Source: Macrostomum lignano (Eukaryota). Taken from it: a stretch of DNA of 64,000 nt. Below the pieces are notes generated by a model. That model made no database searches and had not been told where the DNA came from. It saw only the letters and a program-made list of their open reading frames with translations. The position numbers were made by a program, and so were the translations under genes. Below are positions 1 through 12,121 of this stretch, piece by piece (the stretch's first letter is position 1; every line of letters begins with the position of its first letter). The stretch is taken from NCBI GenBank assembly GCA_002269645.1, contig NIVC01001332.1, positions 186,001 to 250,000 of the forward strand. Reading direction: 5' to 3'.

Positions 1-299
1 CCATTTCAGTCTGCGTAAACAGACTTATTGAGAGATTATGACTGCGAAATTGTTGTCACAAAAATAATTTAATTGTTCTCTTATCTGCGTTTTATAGTCA
101 CGTGTGTGTCTAAACCGCTCGTGTGTGTACTTTATGTCTGGAAAGTATACCATTTTGCACTTCCCGTGGCCTACGTACACAGGTGGCCATTTTCCCCATG
201 GATTATATTGGGGGGAGACATACGAAACCAATAATTCTAAACTAGCTTCCATACGAAAAATCTTGATATTATTTTTGGGAATCGCGTTTGTTCTTACTG

Positions 300-680
300 A
301 TTTTTGGCACCGCAAACACTCATTTTGGCGCCACAGGCACTCATTTTGGTGCAACAGGTGCTCCAAGAGTTTTTAGCACCAGGGGCTTTAGCACCAGGGG
401 CTTTAGCACCAGGGGCTTTAGCACCAGGGGCTTTAGCACCAGGGGCTTTAGCACCAGGGGCTTTAGCACCAGGGGCTTTAGCACCAGGGGCTTTAGCACC
501 AGGGGCTTTAGCACCAGGGGCTTTAGCACCAGGGGCTTTAGCACCAGGGGCTCTAGCACCATGGGGGCACCAGCACCAGGGGCTTTATCACCAGGGGCAC
601 CAGCACCAGGGGCTTTAGCACCAGGGGCACCAGCACCAGGGGCTTTAGCACCAGGGGCGCCAGCACCAGGGGGCACCAGC
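300..680. repeat. Minisatellite: about 3 copies of a 21-bp GGCACTCATTTTGGCGCC-type unit, then a 15-bp TTAGCACCAGGGGCT array
   Basis: Direct reading. About 12 perfect 15-bp units at 371-560, then degenerate variants. Explains the LAPGA/STRGF ORFs. Confidence 0.95.
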
Positions 681-1261
681 TCAACTAACTGCCTGTAATG
701 ATTGAAGCGTTCTTCACTGCTATATTGCACATAGGTCGTATACCGGTACTGGCTAATTAGATTAGGTAAGTTGGTTTTTCTGTTATTCAATAATACGCTC
801 GTGCATGTACGTACTTTCTCAAAATTTGCACATTTAGCATGATTTTTGGAATTGCCTTTTTTCCTTCAAAGTAGTTTTGCTTGTCCAAGTTCAAAAAACA
901 GAATGGGCCGGTGTGTTGTGTTGATGACAATTAAAGAAGAAAAGCGACCGTCTTTCAGGTGCGAATAAACAGATGGATCACATTCAGATTGATTATGTTT
1001 ATTTGTTCTAGATAGCAACTTTATTACATATTCCGTCTCGGGGGCGAGAGCAAAGCTGCGTGAGCAATGTCCACTTTATCAGTATTTTTACATCCTACGT
1101 ACTCCTTGTACGAGTGCGCGCTAATAACTGATAAAAACTAAAAACAACTGCGATGTATCTTACAGAAAGGAGCGGTTGATTTCATCACGTGAATGTGTTT
1201 TTTTCAGATATCCGCGTGACCTTAGATAACAGTTTAGTCAAGTTTTGTAACACTTCTCGCA

Positions 1262-2385
1262 AAATCCCTGACACAAATTTAGCATTTCTGACACCAATTT
1301 AGCATCCCTGACACCTATTTAGCATCCCTGACACCTATTTAGCATCTCTGAAACCTATTTAGCATCCCTGACACAAATTTAGCATATCTGACACCTATTT
1401 AGCATCCCTGACACCTATTTAGCATCTCTGAAACCTATTTAGCATCCCTGACACAAATTTAGCATATCTGACACCTATTTAGCATCCCTGACACCTATTT
1501 AGCATCCCTGACACCTATTTAGCATCTCTGAAACCTATTTAGCATCCCTGACACAAATTTAGCATATCTGACACCTATTTAGCATCCCTGACACCTATTT
1601 AGCATCCCTGACACCTATTTAGCATCCCTGACACCTATTTAGCATCCCTGACACCTATTTAGCATCCCTGACACCTATTTAGCATCTCTGAAACCTATTT
1701 AGCATCCCTGACACAAATTTAGCATATCTGACACCTATTTAGCATTCCTTGCACCTATTTAGCATCCCTGACACCTATTTAGCATCCCTGACACCTATTT
1801 AGCATCCCTGACACCTATTTAGAATATCTGACACCAATTTAGCATCTCTGACACCAATTTAGCATCCCTGACACCTATTTAGCATCCCTGACACCTATTT
1901 AGCATATCTGACACCTATTTAGCATCTCTGACACCTATTTAGCATCCCTGACACAAATTTAGCATATATGACACAAATTTAGCATCCCTGACACCTATTT
2001 AGCATTCCTGACACCTATTTAGCATTCCTGACACCTATTTAGCATTCCTGACACCTATTTAGCATCCCTGACACCTATTTAGAATATCTGACACCAATTT
2101 AGCATCTCTGACACCAATTTAGCATCCCTGACACCTATTTAGCATCCCTGACACCTATTTAGCATATCTGACACCTATTTAGCATCTCTGACACCTATTT
2201 AGCATCCCTGACACAAATTTAGCATATATGACACAAATTTAGCATCCCTGACACCTATTTAGCATCCCTGACACCTATTTAGCATTCCTGACACCTATTT
2301 AGCATTCCTGACACCTATTTAGCATTCCTGACACCTATTTAGCATCTCTGACACATATTTAGAATTTTTGACACCAATTTAGCAT
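1262..2385. repeat. 20-bp minisatellite (TTTAGCATCCCTGACACCTA), about 55 copies
   Basis: Units stay in register with the 60-nt lines (period 20). Confidence 0.97.
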
Positions 2386-2876
2386 GCGTGAAACTTGGTG
2401 GGCATCTTTAGTAGTAAATTGTAATTAAGTATTATTTACAAAAATTGAAACTTTATCACCAGTAAAGTCTTATATCCGCATTGAATCAATGCACACCATC
2501 AGCAATAAATGCGACCCTTATTTAACCATACGCTCCGATGAACGCATGTCAACGATTTAACATGTATCGGAGGTTCAGAGAGGCAAAATTCTATGCGCAA
2601 TACGAAATGTAGCCAATCTCTCTAAAAAATGCACAAGCTACAAAACTTATTCGTTCCAAACTCGTGTAAATAAAGCGCTTATCTCCATCCAATGATTGGT
2701 GAAGCTGGCTCCGTTTGTGCGCAAATCTTCATCAATAGCGACCTGTGAAAACACACGCCTCATGTACACACATTTAGCGCTTTATAAAGTGTGCAACAGC
2801 AGAATTCAGCGTTGAATTATCATTTTTGCTCGCCCCTGCCTTTAATCTACCAAAGTCTAATAACTGGCTTTTTTAA

Positions 2877-2943
2877 ATGGCTGACAGAGCTGCCAATCAA
2901 ACAGATTTGGAAAATTCGACCGCATTTTCTGTTGAGGTTGAGG
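2877..2943 (+). CDS. GPCR-A exon 1 (MADRAANQTDLENSTAFSVEVE-G)
   Basis: ATG at 2877, two N-x-T sequons, GTGAGT donor at 2944. Its phase-1 end fits the acceptor at 3490. Confidence 0.7.
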
Positions 2944-2972
2944 GTGAGTTTAAGCTGCATCGTGTTAGTGTG

Positions 2973-3362
2973 AGAATTATCAGTGGACTCTCGTATGGAT
3001 TCTCAGTGGACTCTCATATAGATTCTCAGTGGACTCTCATATGAATTCTCAGTGGACTCTCATATGGATTCTCAGTGGACTCTCATATGGATTCTCAGTG
3101 GACTCTCGTATGGATTCTCAGTGGACTCTCATATGGATTCTCAGTGGACTCTCATATGGATTCTCAGTGGACTCTCATATGGATTCTCAGTGGACTCTCG
3201 TATGGATTCTCCGTGGACTCTCGTATGGATTCTCAGTGGACTCTCATGGTGATTATCAGTGGACTCTCATGGTGATTATCAGTGGACTCTCATGGTGATT
3301 CTCAGTGGACTCTCATGGTGATTCTTAGTGAACTCTCATAGGGATTCTCAGTGGACTCTCAT
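2973..3362. repeat. 23-bp minisatellite (TCTCAGTGGACTCTCATATGGAT) in GPCR-A intron 1
   Basis: About 17 copies; 23-aa periodicity in the ORF track. Confidence 0.95.
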
Positions 3363-3489
3363 CAGTATTCTCAAATGCTTCTTTTGCTTGCTTGATTGAT
3401 TGATTGATTTGCTTCTTTTAAAAGATTACTCCGCCAAAACAAGCAGATGCGCTGGTATGCAGGTGCCCAACTCATTGCACCCATTGCAG

Positions 3490-3688
3490 GCTATTACAAG
3501 GCAGCTGCAAATGTGACCAAATTAGTGGAAGCTCTGAGACTCTACGCAGCCCCCGTGCTCACTGTTGCTTGCGTTGTGGGTTCGAGCTTGATCTTGTTCT
3601 CCGCTTTCAAGCGATGGTCCACCCTGCAGCCAAAGCACTATGTACTGGTGGCGCTGACAGTTGCTGACTTGGTCACCATCCTTTCCAG
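3490..3688 (+). CDS. GPCR-A exon 2 (TM1-TM2)
   Basis: TTGCAG acceptor and GTAAAA donor at 3689. Encodes LRLYAAPVLTVACVVGSSLILF...YVLVALTVADLVTIL. Same 199-nt length as the paralogous exon 9931-10129. Confidence 0.85.
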
Positions 3689-3742
3689 GTAAAAATTTTT
3701 CGCGTGTGAAGGTGCGATCCATATTAAATGCGAATCGTTGCG

Positions 3743-4275
3743 TTCCATCGCGTGTATACAATTGTTTTCCTTACCCGTGCGTACATTGCCTCCTCTCTGC
3801 CTGCCTGCCGCTGGTTCCATCGCGTGTGTTTAATTGTTTTCCTTACCTGTGCGTACATTGCCTCTTCTCTGCCTGCCTGCCGCTGGTTTCATCGCGTGTG
3901 TATAATTGTTTTCCTTACCCGTGCGTACATTGCCTCCTCTCTGCCTGCCTGCCGCTGGTTCCATCGCGTGTATACAATTGTTTTCCTTACCCGTGCGTAC
4001 ATTGCCTCCTCTCTGCCTGCCTGCCGCTGGTTCCATCGCGTGTGTACAATTGTTTTCCTTACCCGTGCGTACATTGCCTCCTCTCTGCCTGCCTGCCGCT
4101 GGTTCCATCGCGTGTGTACAATTGTTTTCCTTACCCGTGCGTACATTGCCTCCTCTCTGCCTGCCTGCCGCTGGTTCCATCGCGTGTGTACAATTGTTTT
4201 CCTTACCCGTGCGTACATTAATTGTCTCCTCTCTGCCTGCCGCTGGTTCCATCGCGTGTGTACAATTGTTTTCCC
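3743..4275. repeat. 72-bp minisatellite in GPCR-A intron 2, about 7.5 copies
   Basis: 24-aa periodicity (HRVCTIVFLTRAYIASSLPACRWF) in the ORF track. Confidence 0.95.
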
Positions 4276-4344
4276 AACCCTTCCTCTCTGCCAAAAATAC
4301 GAGTACATCAATGTTTCCCTATTCGTCCCCCTAACATACTGCAG

Positions 4345-4884
4345 CGTATTTTTCAATCAATTTTTCTACTACGGTCTCGACTTGCCAATGCCGCACGTAG
4401 TCAACAACAATGCCTGCCAGCTGTGGTCGCTGCTGTGGATTGTTGGCAACGGCCTGTCCACCAACCTGCTCTGCTTCCTGGCCATAGACAGGCTGTACGC
4501 GGTGAGCCGGCCGCTGCAGCACCGGGCGAGCGCCAGCCGCGGTCGCTACTGCCTGCTGCTGGCCGCCTTCTGCGTCCCGTTCCTGGCTGTGGGCGCCTTC
4601 GGAGCCGCCACCTTTCGAATCTATGAATATCTGGGCCAGCGGCATTGCTACATTGATGAGAGCCTCCCGAATTGGGTGGGCATCGCCTATCAGGCCTACG
4701 CCACTCTGATTGCCAACGGCACTCTGGGCAGCTGCTTCCTGCTGATCGCCAACGCCGTTCTGGCTGGTCGGCTCTGCGCCATCGCGCGATCGCGTCGAGC
4801 TCGCTGGCGACTGCCTGAGGAGTCCGGCAGGCAGCTGCAGCAGTGGCGAGCGGAGTTTCCAAGCAGCTCAAACCCGATGGAAAG
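4345..4884 (+). CDS. GPCR-A exon 3 (TM3-TM5; LAIDRL motif)
   Basis: CTGCAG acceptor and GTGCGT donor at 4885, phase 2/2, 540 nt. Cys before TM3 and a DRY-like DRL motif. Confidence 0.88.
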
Positions 4885-5331
4885 GTGCGTCTGATTTTGC
4901 GGTTTAGTATTTTCTTAACAAATTTGTAGCCTACACAGGTGGCTACAAAAGCTTATCTTGTTTTGAGACGCTGGGTTCACTTCTCACTTTGCATTCTTCT
5001 TCATCAACGTTTAGTCTCTTAGTTAATTTCCTGTTAGCTTCATCGGTCGACTTGTCCATGACATTGACTTCGTAGCATTCGATTTCGACGTTAAACTTGT
5101 ATATGTGAACTTTAAAGGTTACTTCCCGGTGAGCTAAACGACCAAAGACGCTTCTTTGCTTAGCTTTTCATTGGCTCCGAGATTCTGTCTATGGCCAAAA
5201 TCAGCAAATCTGGGGGAGAAATTCGCTTTCAATATGATCAATTATTAATTGATTTAAAATAAGAACCTGCGATGGAGAATGGTCCATTCCCTGTTACTTG
5301 AATAAAGCCCATTTCACATTCCGCCCTGCAG

Positions 5332-5725
5332 CTTTGACCACCCGTCCAACGCACCTGCTGCTCGCGAAGGGACATCCAAAACGGAAATAGTGGGTGCCCC
5401 AACTCCAAATGGTGGCCAACAGCAGCACCAGAAGCAGAAACCTCGTCAGAAGCGTCAGAAAGAATCAACGACGGCCGTACGCACCGGCATCACCTTGATG
5501 GCCGCGTCTGCAGCCCACTTGGCCGGCTCATTACCCCGCGCTATCACCTACCTGATTGCCGGCGTCATTCACTACGGCAACCTGGCGTCCAAGTCAGAGC
5601 TGACGGCTGCTCAGCTGCGATTAGTCTTCGAGCTTGGCGCCCTATTTGACTACCTGTTCTATCTGAACTGTTCGCTGAATTGGCTGATCTACTGCGGCAA
5701 CGTGCCCGACCTCAGGCCCTGGTAG
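5332..5725 (+). CDS. GPCR-A exon 4 (ICL3-TM6-TM7). Spliced product 399 aa, rhodopsin-like peptide-receptor type
   Basis: CTGCAG acceptor at 5330-31 in the matching phase. TM7 reads YLNCSLNWLIY, stop at 5723-25. The four exons sum to 1200 nt. Confidence 0.85.
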
Positions 5726-6339
5726 CGAGACGATGGTCAACTGCTGAAATTCGCTCTTGACATCTTGAACGACTTTAATTAATTTTAAGTTTTTAAGCTT
5801 CTTAGATGGAACGCATTGTTACTACTTGATGAAACAAACTAAAAGTAGTCTCTGTCGCATTGAGCAGATAAGTTTCTTTGCATTAGGTCACGGACGTTTG
5901 CGGGAAATATTTTCGCTACCTTTTGTGTCTTCAGAGGCATCAATTAAACTCATTTTAAGAGCTTGTCAATAATTATTAACGCTTGAGCTCCTCTATAGCC
6001 CTAGAAATTTAGTGCAAGTTAAGCAGAGACGGCCGCGGTTAGTACATATGCGCCTTTCAAAGCCGCCACAGTCTCAACACCTGTGTAAGCTAAACACAGC
6101 CACTCAATCTCTCTGACCACTGAAAATCCCATGTTTTAAAATAAAGGCTACCTAAATACATTACTGCTTGAAGCCAGTTTTGTTTATTTGCTAATCTTTT
6201 GCATCGTTGCCTTATTCTTTTGCTATTCGATACATAACTATTCATAAAGAGAATACTTGACTAATGGCGTCAGACAACCGGCAGTCAGTCAAGAATTCCC
6301 AAATATGTTTTTGACCTTTCAGCACAAAATCCACACAGG

Positions 6340-6512
6340 CCCAATAGTCTAGCGCGGCTCTCTGATGTACCAGCGGCCCAGGCTCGATTCCAAGTGCAGT
6401 CCCATTGATTTGGGGCTAAATTGGAATCTCGGCTTGGCTCTGCTCGTGCAACTAACGTCATTGAGGGCCAACCCCCAAAACACAGTGAAGTGTGGATGCC
6501 TAGCGGTAAATA
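6340..6512 (+). mobile_element. Dispersed SINE-like repeat family A, 3'-truncated copy
   Basis: GGCTCGATTCCAAGTGCAGTC...TGGAATCTCGGCTTGGCTCTGCTC is shared with 10290, 35965 and 54170. Contains a B-box-like GGCTCGATTCC. Confidence 0.65.
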
Positions 6513-6521
6513 AGTTTGATC

Positions 6522-7195
6522 TTCAGTCCCCACCTGCCACAGTCTTCATTCCCCACCTGCCGCAGTCTTCATTCCCCACATGCCACAGTCTTCATTCCTC
6601 AGCTGCCGCAGTCTTCATTCCCCACATGCCACAGTCTTCATTCCCCACCTGCCACAGTCTTCATTCCCCACCTGCCACAGTCTTCATTCCCCACCTGCCA
6701 AAGTCTTCATTCCCCACCTGCCACAGTCTTCATTCCCCACCTGCCAAAGTCTTCATTCCCCACCTGCCACAGTCTTCATTCCCCACCTGCCAAAGTCTTC
6801 ATTCCCACCTGCCAAAGTCTTCATTCCCACCTGCCAAAGTCTTCATTCCCCACCTGCCAAAGTCTTCATTCCCCACCTGCCAAAGTCTTCATTCCCCACC
6901 TGCCAAAGTCTTCATTCCCCACCTGCCAAAGTCTTCATTCCCCACCTGCCAAAGTCTTCATTCCCCACCTGCCAAAGTCTACATTCCCCACCTGCCACAG
7001 TCTTCATTCCCCACCTGCCAAAGTCTTCATTCCCCACCTGCCAAAGTCTTCATTCCCCACCTGCCAAAGTCTTCATTCCCCACCTGCCAAAGTCTTCATT
7101 CCCCACCTGCCACAGTCTTCATTCCCCACCTGCCAAAGTCTTCATTCCCCACCTGCCACAGTCTTCATTCCCCACCTGCCACAGTCTTCATTCTC
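6522..7195. repeat. 23-bp minisatellite (CTTCATTCCCCACCTGCCAAAGT), about 29 copies
   Basis: Direct reading; explains ORFs 6365-7333 and overlapping ones. Confidence 0.96.
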
Positions 7196-7474
7196 ATAAC
7201 TTATGACTTCTCTTTCCATTATACTCATTTCTTCAGCGTTCATTGTAATCTCGTCTCCACATTTCTTCTCATATTCTTAATCTCTTTTCTTCTCAACCCC
7301 TCGTGTGTTTCCTCGTCCTTTTCACAGTCGTAGATTCTATTGGTTGTGGCAAAAGATTTCTTTCAATATAATTTGTTCAGCTGTCGCTTCTTAAAACGTA
7401 CAAATCTTAATGTTGCCGTTTAAATTGTCTTGATTTAAGCCTCAATTGTGATTTTTTAAAGTCACTTAAACATA

Positions 7475-7514
7475 ATGATCGGCAACATGAACGGCACAAC
7501 AGACGCTCCGGATG
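7475..7514 (+). CDS. GPCR-B exon 1 (MIGNMNGTTDAPD-G; start could be 7487)
   Basis: In-frame ATGs at 7475 and 7487, an NGT sequon, and a GTAAGC donor at 7515. Phase 1 matches the acceptor at 9931. Confidence 0.7.
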
Positions 7515-7632
7515 GTAAGCTTGAATTGATGTGCAATTATGCAACACTTTCCACGATTGTAGAAGACATGCTGCTTCATCTAAAATTGCTTGGCGTGAGG
7601 GAGGTTCAAGATTGACTTGAATGTTTACTTTT

Positions 7633-9845
7633 ATGGGGTGGCGCGTGTGTGTACATTGATTGAAGGTTTGGTTTGGTGGGGTAGCGTGTGTGTATATTGA
7701 TTGAAGGTTTGGTTTGGTGGGGTAGCGTGTGTGTACATTGATTGAAGGTTTGGTTTGGTGGGGTAGCGTGTGTGTATATTGATTGAAGGTTTGGTTTGGT
7801 GGGGTAGCGTGTGTGTATATTGATTGAAGGTTTGGTTTGGTGGGGTAGCGTGTGTGTATATTGATTGAAGGTTTGGTTTGGTGGGGCAGCGTGTGTGTAC
7901 ATTGATTGAAGGTTTGGTTTGGTGGGGTAGCGTGTGTGTACATTGATTGAAGGTTTGGTTTGGTGGGGTAGCGTGTGTGTACATTGATTGAAGGTTTAGT
8001 TTGGTAGGGTAGCGTGTGTGTACATTGATTGAAGGTTTGGTTTGGTGGGGTAGCGTGTGTGTACATTGATTGAAGGTTTAGTTTGGTGGGGTAGCGTGTG
8101 TGTACATTGATTGAAGGTTTGGTTTGGTGGGGTAGCGTGTGTGTATATTGATTGAAGGTTTAGTTTGGTGGGGTAGCGTGTGTGTATATTGATTGAAGGT
8201 TTAGTTTGGTGGGGTAGCGTGTGTGTACATTGATTGAAGGTTTAGTTTGGTGGGGTAGCGTGTGTGTACATTGATTGAAGGTTTAGTTTTATGGGGTAGC
8301 GTGTGTGTACATTGATTGAAGGTTTAGTTTGGTGGGGCAGCGTGTGTGTACATTGATTGAAGGTTTACTTTTATGGGGCAGCGTGTGTGTACATTGATTG
8401 AAGGTTTAGTTTTATGGGGTGGCGCGTGTGTGTATATTGATTGAAGGTTTAGTTTGGTGGGGCAGCGTGTGTGTACATTGATTGAAGATTTGGTTTGGTG
8501 GGGTAGCGTGTGTGTACATTGATTGAAGGTTTGGTTTGGTGGGGTAGCGTGTGTGTATATTGATTGAAGGTTTGGTTTGGTGGGATAGCGTGTGTGTACA
8601 TTGATTGAAGGTTTAGTTTGGTGGGGTAGCGTGTGTGTACATTGATTGAAGGTTTGGTTTGGTGGGGTAGCGTGTGTGTATATTGATTGAAGGTTTAGTT
8701 TGGTGGGGTAGCGTGTGTGTACATTGATTGAAGGTTTGGTTTGGTGGGGTAGCGTGTGTGTACATTGATTGAAGGTTTAGTTTTATGGGGCAGCGTGTGT
8801 GTACATTGATTGAAGGTTTAGTTTTATGGGGCAGCGTGTGTGTACATTGATTGAAGGTTTACTTTTATGGGGCAGCGTGTGTGTACATTGATTGAAGGTT
8901 TAGTTTAATGGGGTGGCGCGTGTGTGTATATTGATTGAAGGTTTAGTTTGGTGGGGTAGCGTGTGTGTACATTGATTGAAGGTTTGGTTTGGTGGGGTAG
9001 CGTGTGTGTACATTGATTGAAGGTTTGGTTTGGTGGGGTAGCGTGTGTGTATATTGATTGAAGGTTTGGTTTGGTGGGGCAGCGTGTGTGTATATTGATT
9101 GAAGGTTTGGTTTGGTGGGGCAGCGTGTGTGTATATTGATTGAAGGTTTAGTTTGGTGGGGTAGCGTGTGTGTACATTGATTGAAGGTTTGGTTTGGTGG
9201 GGTAGCGTGTGTGTACATTGATTGAAGGTTTGGTTTGGTGGGGTAGCGTGTGTGTATATTGATTGAAGGTTTGGTTTGGTGGGGTAGCGTGTGTGTACAT
9301 TGATTGAAGGTTTAGTTTGGTGGGGTAGCGTGTGTGTACATTGATTGAAGGTTTAGTTTGGTGGGGTAGCGTGTGTGTGTACATTGATTGAGGGTTTAGT
9401 TTGGTGGGGTAGCGTGTGTGTGTACATTGATTGAGGGTTTAGTTTGGTGGGGTAGCGTGTGTGTACATTGATTGAATGTTCGGTTTAATGGGGCAGCGTG
9501 TGTGTACATTGATTGAATGTTTGGTTTAATGGGGCAGCGTGTGTGTACATTGATTGAATGTTTGGTTTAATGGGGCAGCGTGTGTGTACATTGATTGAAT
9601 GTTTGGTTTAATGGGGCAGCGTGTGTGTACATTGATTGAATGTTTGGTTTAATGGGGCAGCGTGTGTGTACATTGATTGAATGTTTGGTTTAATGGGGCA
9701 GCGTGTGTGTACATTGATTGAATGTTTGGTTTAATGGGGCAGCGTGTGTGTACATTGATTGAATGTTTGGTTTAATGGGGTAGCGTGTGTGTACATTGAT
9801 TGAATGTTTGGTTTAATGGGGTAGCGTGTGTGTACATTGATTGAA
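7633..9845. repeat. 41-bp minisatellite in GPCR-B intron 1, about 54 copies
   Basis: Unit GTGTGTGTACATTGATTGAAGGTTTGGTTTGGTGGGGTAGC; 41-aa period in reverse ORFs. Confidence 0.97.
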
Positions 9846-9930
9846 GCTTTAGTTTTTAATTGAAGGTTAAATTGTATATCTGTACATTCCATTTTGATTC
9901 GGCTCGCTCTAAACGCTATTTTTTGCGCAG

Positions 9931-10129
9931 GCTTCTCAGTGGCCGCTATCAAAGTGTCGAAAATAGTGGAAGCCCTAAGATTATACGCGGCTCCTGCGTT
10001 CACGGTGGCCTGCTTGGTCGGCACCAGCATTATCCTGTTCTCCGCTGTCAAGAACCGAAGTAAACTGCAGCCGAAGCACTACGTTCTTGTAGTGCTCATC
10101 ATCTCCGACCTAATTACCATTCTGACCAG
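9931..10129 (+). CDS. GPCR-B exon 2 (TM1-TM2)
   Basis: TTTTGCGCAG acceptor and GTAAAG donor. Encodes VEALRLYAAPAFTVACLVGTSIILF, paralogous to 3490-3688. Confidence 0.85.
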
Positions 10130-10289
10130 GTAAAGTCAGGTATCAATCGTCAGCTCAATCGTAGTTTGACTTTTATCAGTAGAACTGCATCAGGTAAAAC
10201 AAAGCAATGAGCTTCTTTATTCATCTCTAAATGGAGAAACGAAGTTACAAGCGGGTACCTATACAAGATTTCAATAAGGAGGGGGTAGT

Positions 10290-10635
10290 AGCGGAGCTCC
10301 AGGGTTGGTAGCCAGCGGCCAAGGCTTGATTCCAAGTGTAGTCGCATTGATTTGGAGCTAAATTGGAATCTCGGCTTGACTCTGCTCCTGCAATTAACGC
10401 GCTTTGAGGGCCAATCTCAAGGCACAGTGAAGTGTACATGCCTAACGATAAATAAAGTCAGGGCCACTGTACACTCCTGTGTGAGTGTGTGCCTGTGCGT
10501 ATGACTGCGTACGTATCCGCGCGCTTGGGTGCCTGCTCAGGGGAGTCGGCGGAACGGGCAGGAATACCTCTCTTCGGTTGTGTGACAATGTCGCTTAAAG
10601 TGTGCCAGGGTGCACACAGTCCCCAACTCTAATAA
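10290..10635 (+). mobile_element. SINE-like family A copy
   Basis: About 85-90% similar by eye to 35965-36275 and to the reverse complement of 54170-54500. Ends CTCTAATAAAAAAG. Confidence 0.7.
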
Positions 10636-11160
10636 AAAAGGATCGGAACTCTTGCGCTCACGGTCCCTTTGGTTCGATTCCATGTGCGGCGTTATTAAGT
10701 TGACTTCTTTGTGCATGGACAACCCGGATAAAGTCAGCCCGTGGCTAGTGGACCACTGCGAGTGGACTGACGACTTGCTTTGCGTCAGCATCCAGAGTCC
10801 AGTGTGAAAGTAACTAACATCAATTCCCATTCAATGACACGCAGCCTCAGCCACAAAGGGCTAAACGTCCAAATCTGATGAATCCCACAACAGGCTTGAA
10901 GGGGAGTAAAATCCTTTTTTGATTAAACGCTTCTGATAACCAATTTTTGCAGCAAAAGAAACAAGTAGCTTCAAGCGACAATCTGATTGATATTAGAGCG
11001 TGAAAGATGGTTTGTTTTTAACGGATAACAGTTAAATTTCACCAAAGAAAGTGTTTCTAAAGAAAATCTGTCGTCTCGACCTTAAAAATAATTGAATGCC
11101 TTTGATTTATTAAGCAAAGAAGCCACGGAAAGAAGGTTGGTCAGTTCGTATTCGAAAGAA

Positions 11161-12088
11161 TGATGTAACCGCCCTTGTCACCCGTCCGCTCCGCGGGGAG
11201 GCGAGCGTATGACCAAAAGGGGCAATGACCGTAGGCTGCCTATGACCGGGCAATGACCTGACGGACCTCCAGCACCAGACTGTCCCGCCCACATGATTGA
11301 TAGCTTTGGTAGCGCTTCGTGACCAGAGGGCCAAGGACCCACATGGACCCCACCTATAGCCAAGGTGCAATAGTTGGTCACTCGGCCATAGCATGACCGA
11401 GTGGCTGCCACCACTCTATGTGACCTGGCGCACCTGGATCTTTCTACCAGACCTCTCGAGACTAGAGCCCCGCCTGGATTGGTTACCAGGGGATTTAGGC
11501 TAACAGGGGAGACGCATGCAGCCGAGTACAGGGACTCTGCTTGGGGCATGATCGGGAACTCTGGGCTCAATCTGGAGGATTTCTCAGCAGGGGATCCTTT
11601 GTGGCTGTGAGCGAGGCTGACTTGCGACTTTGATTACTAAGAGTAGTATGAGGCGAACATGTACTGTCTCCAGTTTAGATTGCTCAGGGCAAAGGAACGC
11701 GTCAGCATGGGGTTGCAGCCTTCCTACTGCCATTCTGTGCCAAGACTCGCTAATCCCTCTACTGCACGCACACGCGGCCCCGCAGCACGCACTCACAGGC
11801 GGGATTTGCACGGGGAGAGGCCATTAGCTTACCCAACTTCCTTATGCTTTGTCACCCCTGGAGAAAGGCAAGCCATGAATGAAATGATGGTGAAGGTGTG
11901 AAAAATGAGGAGTTTAGTAATGGTTAGTAATCAGGCAATTAGGCGGCTTCACTATTGAGTAAAATACAGCAAAGGATACGGTATCACAATTGGCTCAGCT
12001 CTCTAATCAAGCAATGGGCAATAAGCAAACCCCGGATAAGCAAAGGCAATTAGAGCAAAAATTAGTACAGGAACTTACCGGCGGCTGC

Positions 12089-12121
<33 letters not shown>

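Noticed and set aside
3447-3489. ATG at 3447 as the GPCR-A start
   Set aside because: The paralog has an acceptor at the position equivalent to 3490, and a phase-compatible upstream exon with glycosylation sequons exists at 2877-2943.
4482-4489. CCATAGAC in the GPCR exons (also 13687)
   Set aside because: Encodes the A-I-D of the LAIDR motif; coincidental and excluded from the motif count.
10870-10915. CTGATGA motifs (also ~27814, ~44445 and ~59117) as hammerhead ribozymes
   Set aside because: No correctly placed stem II followed by GAAA and no stem I/III pairing could be built by eye.
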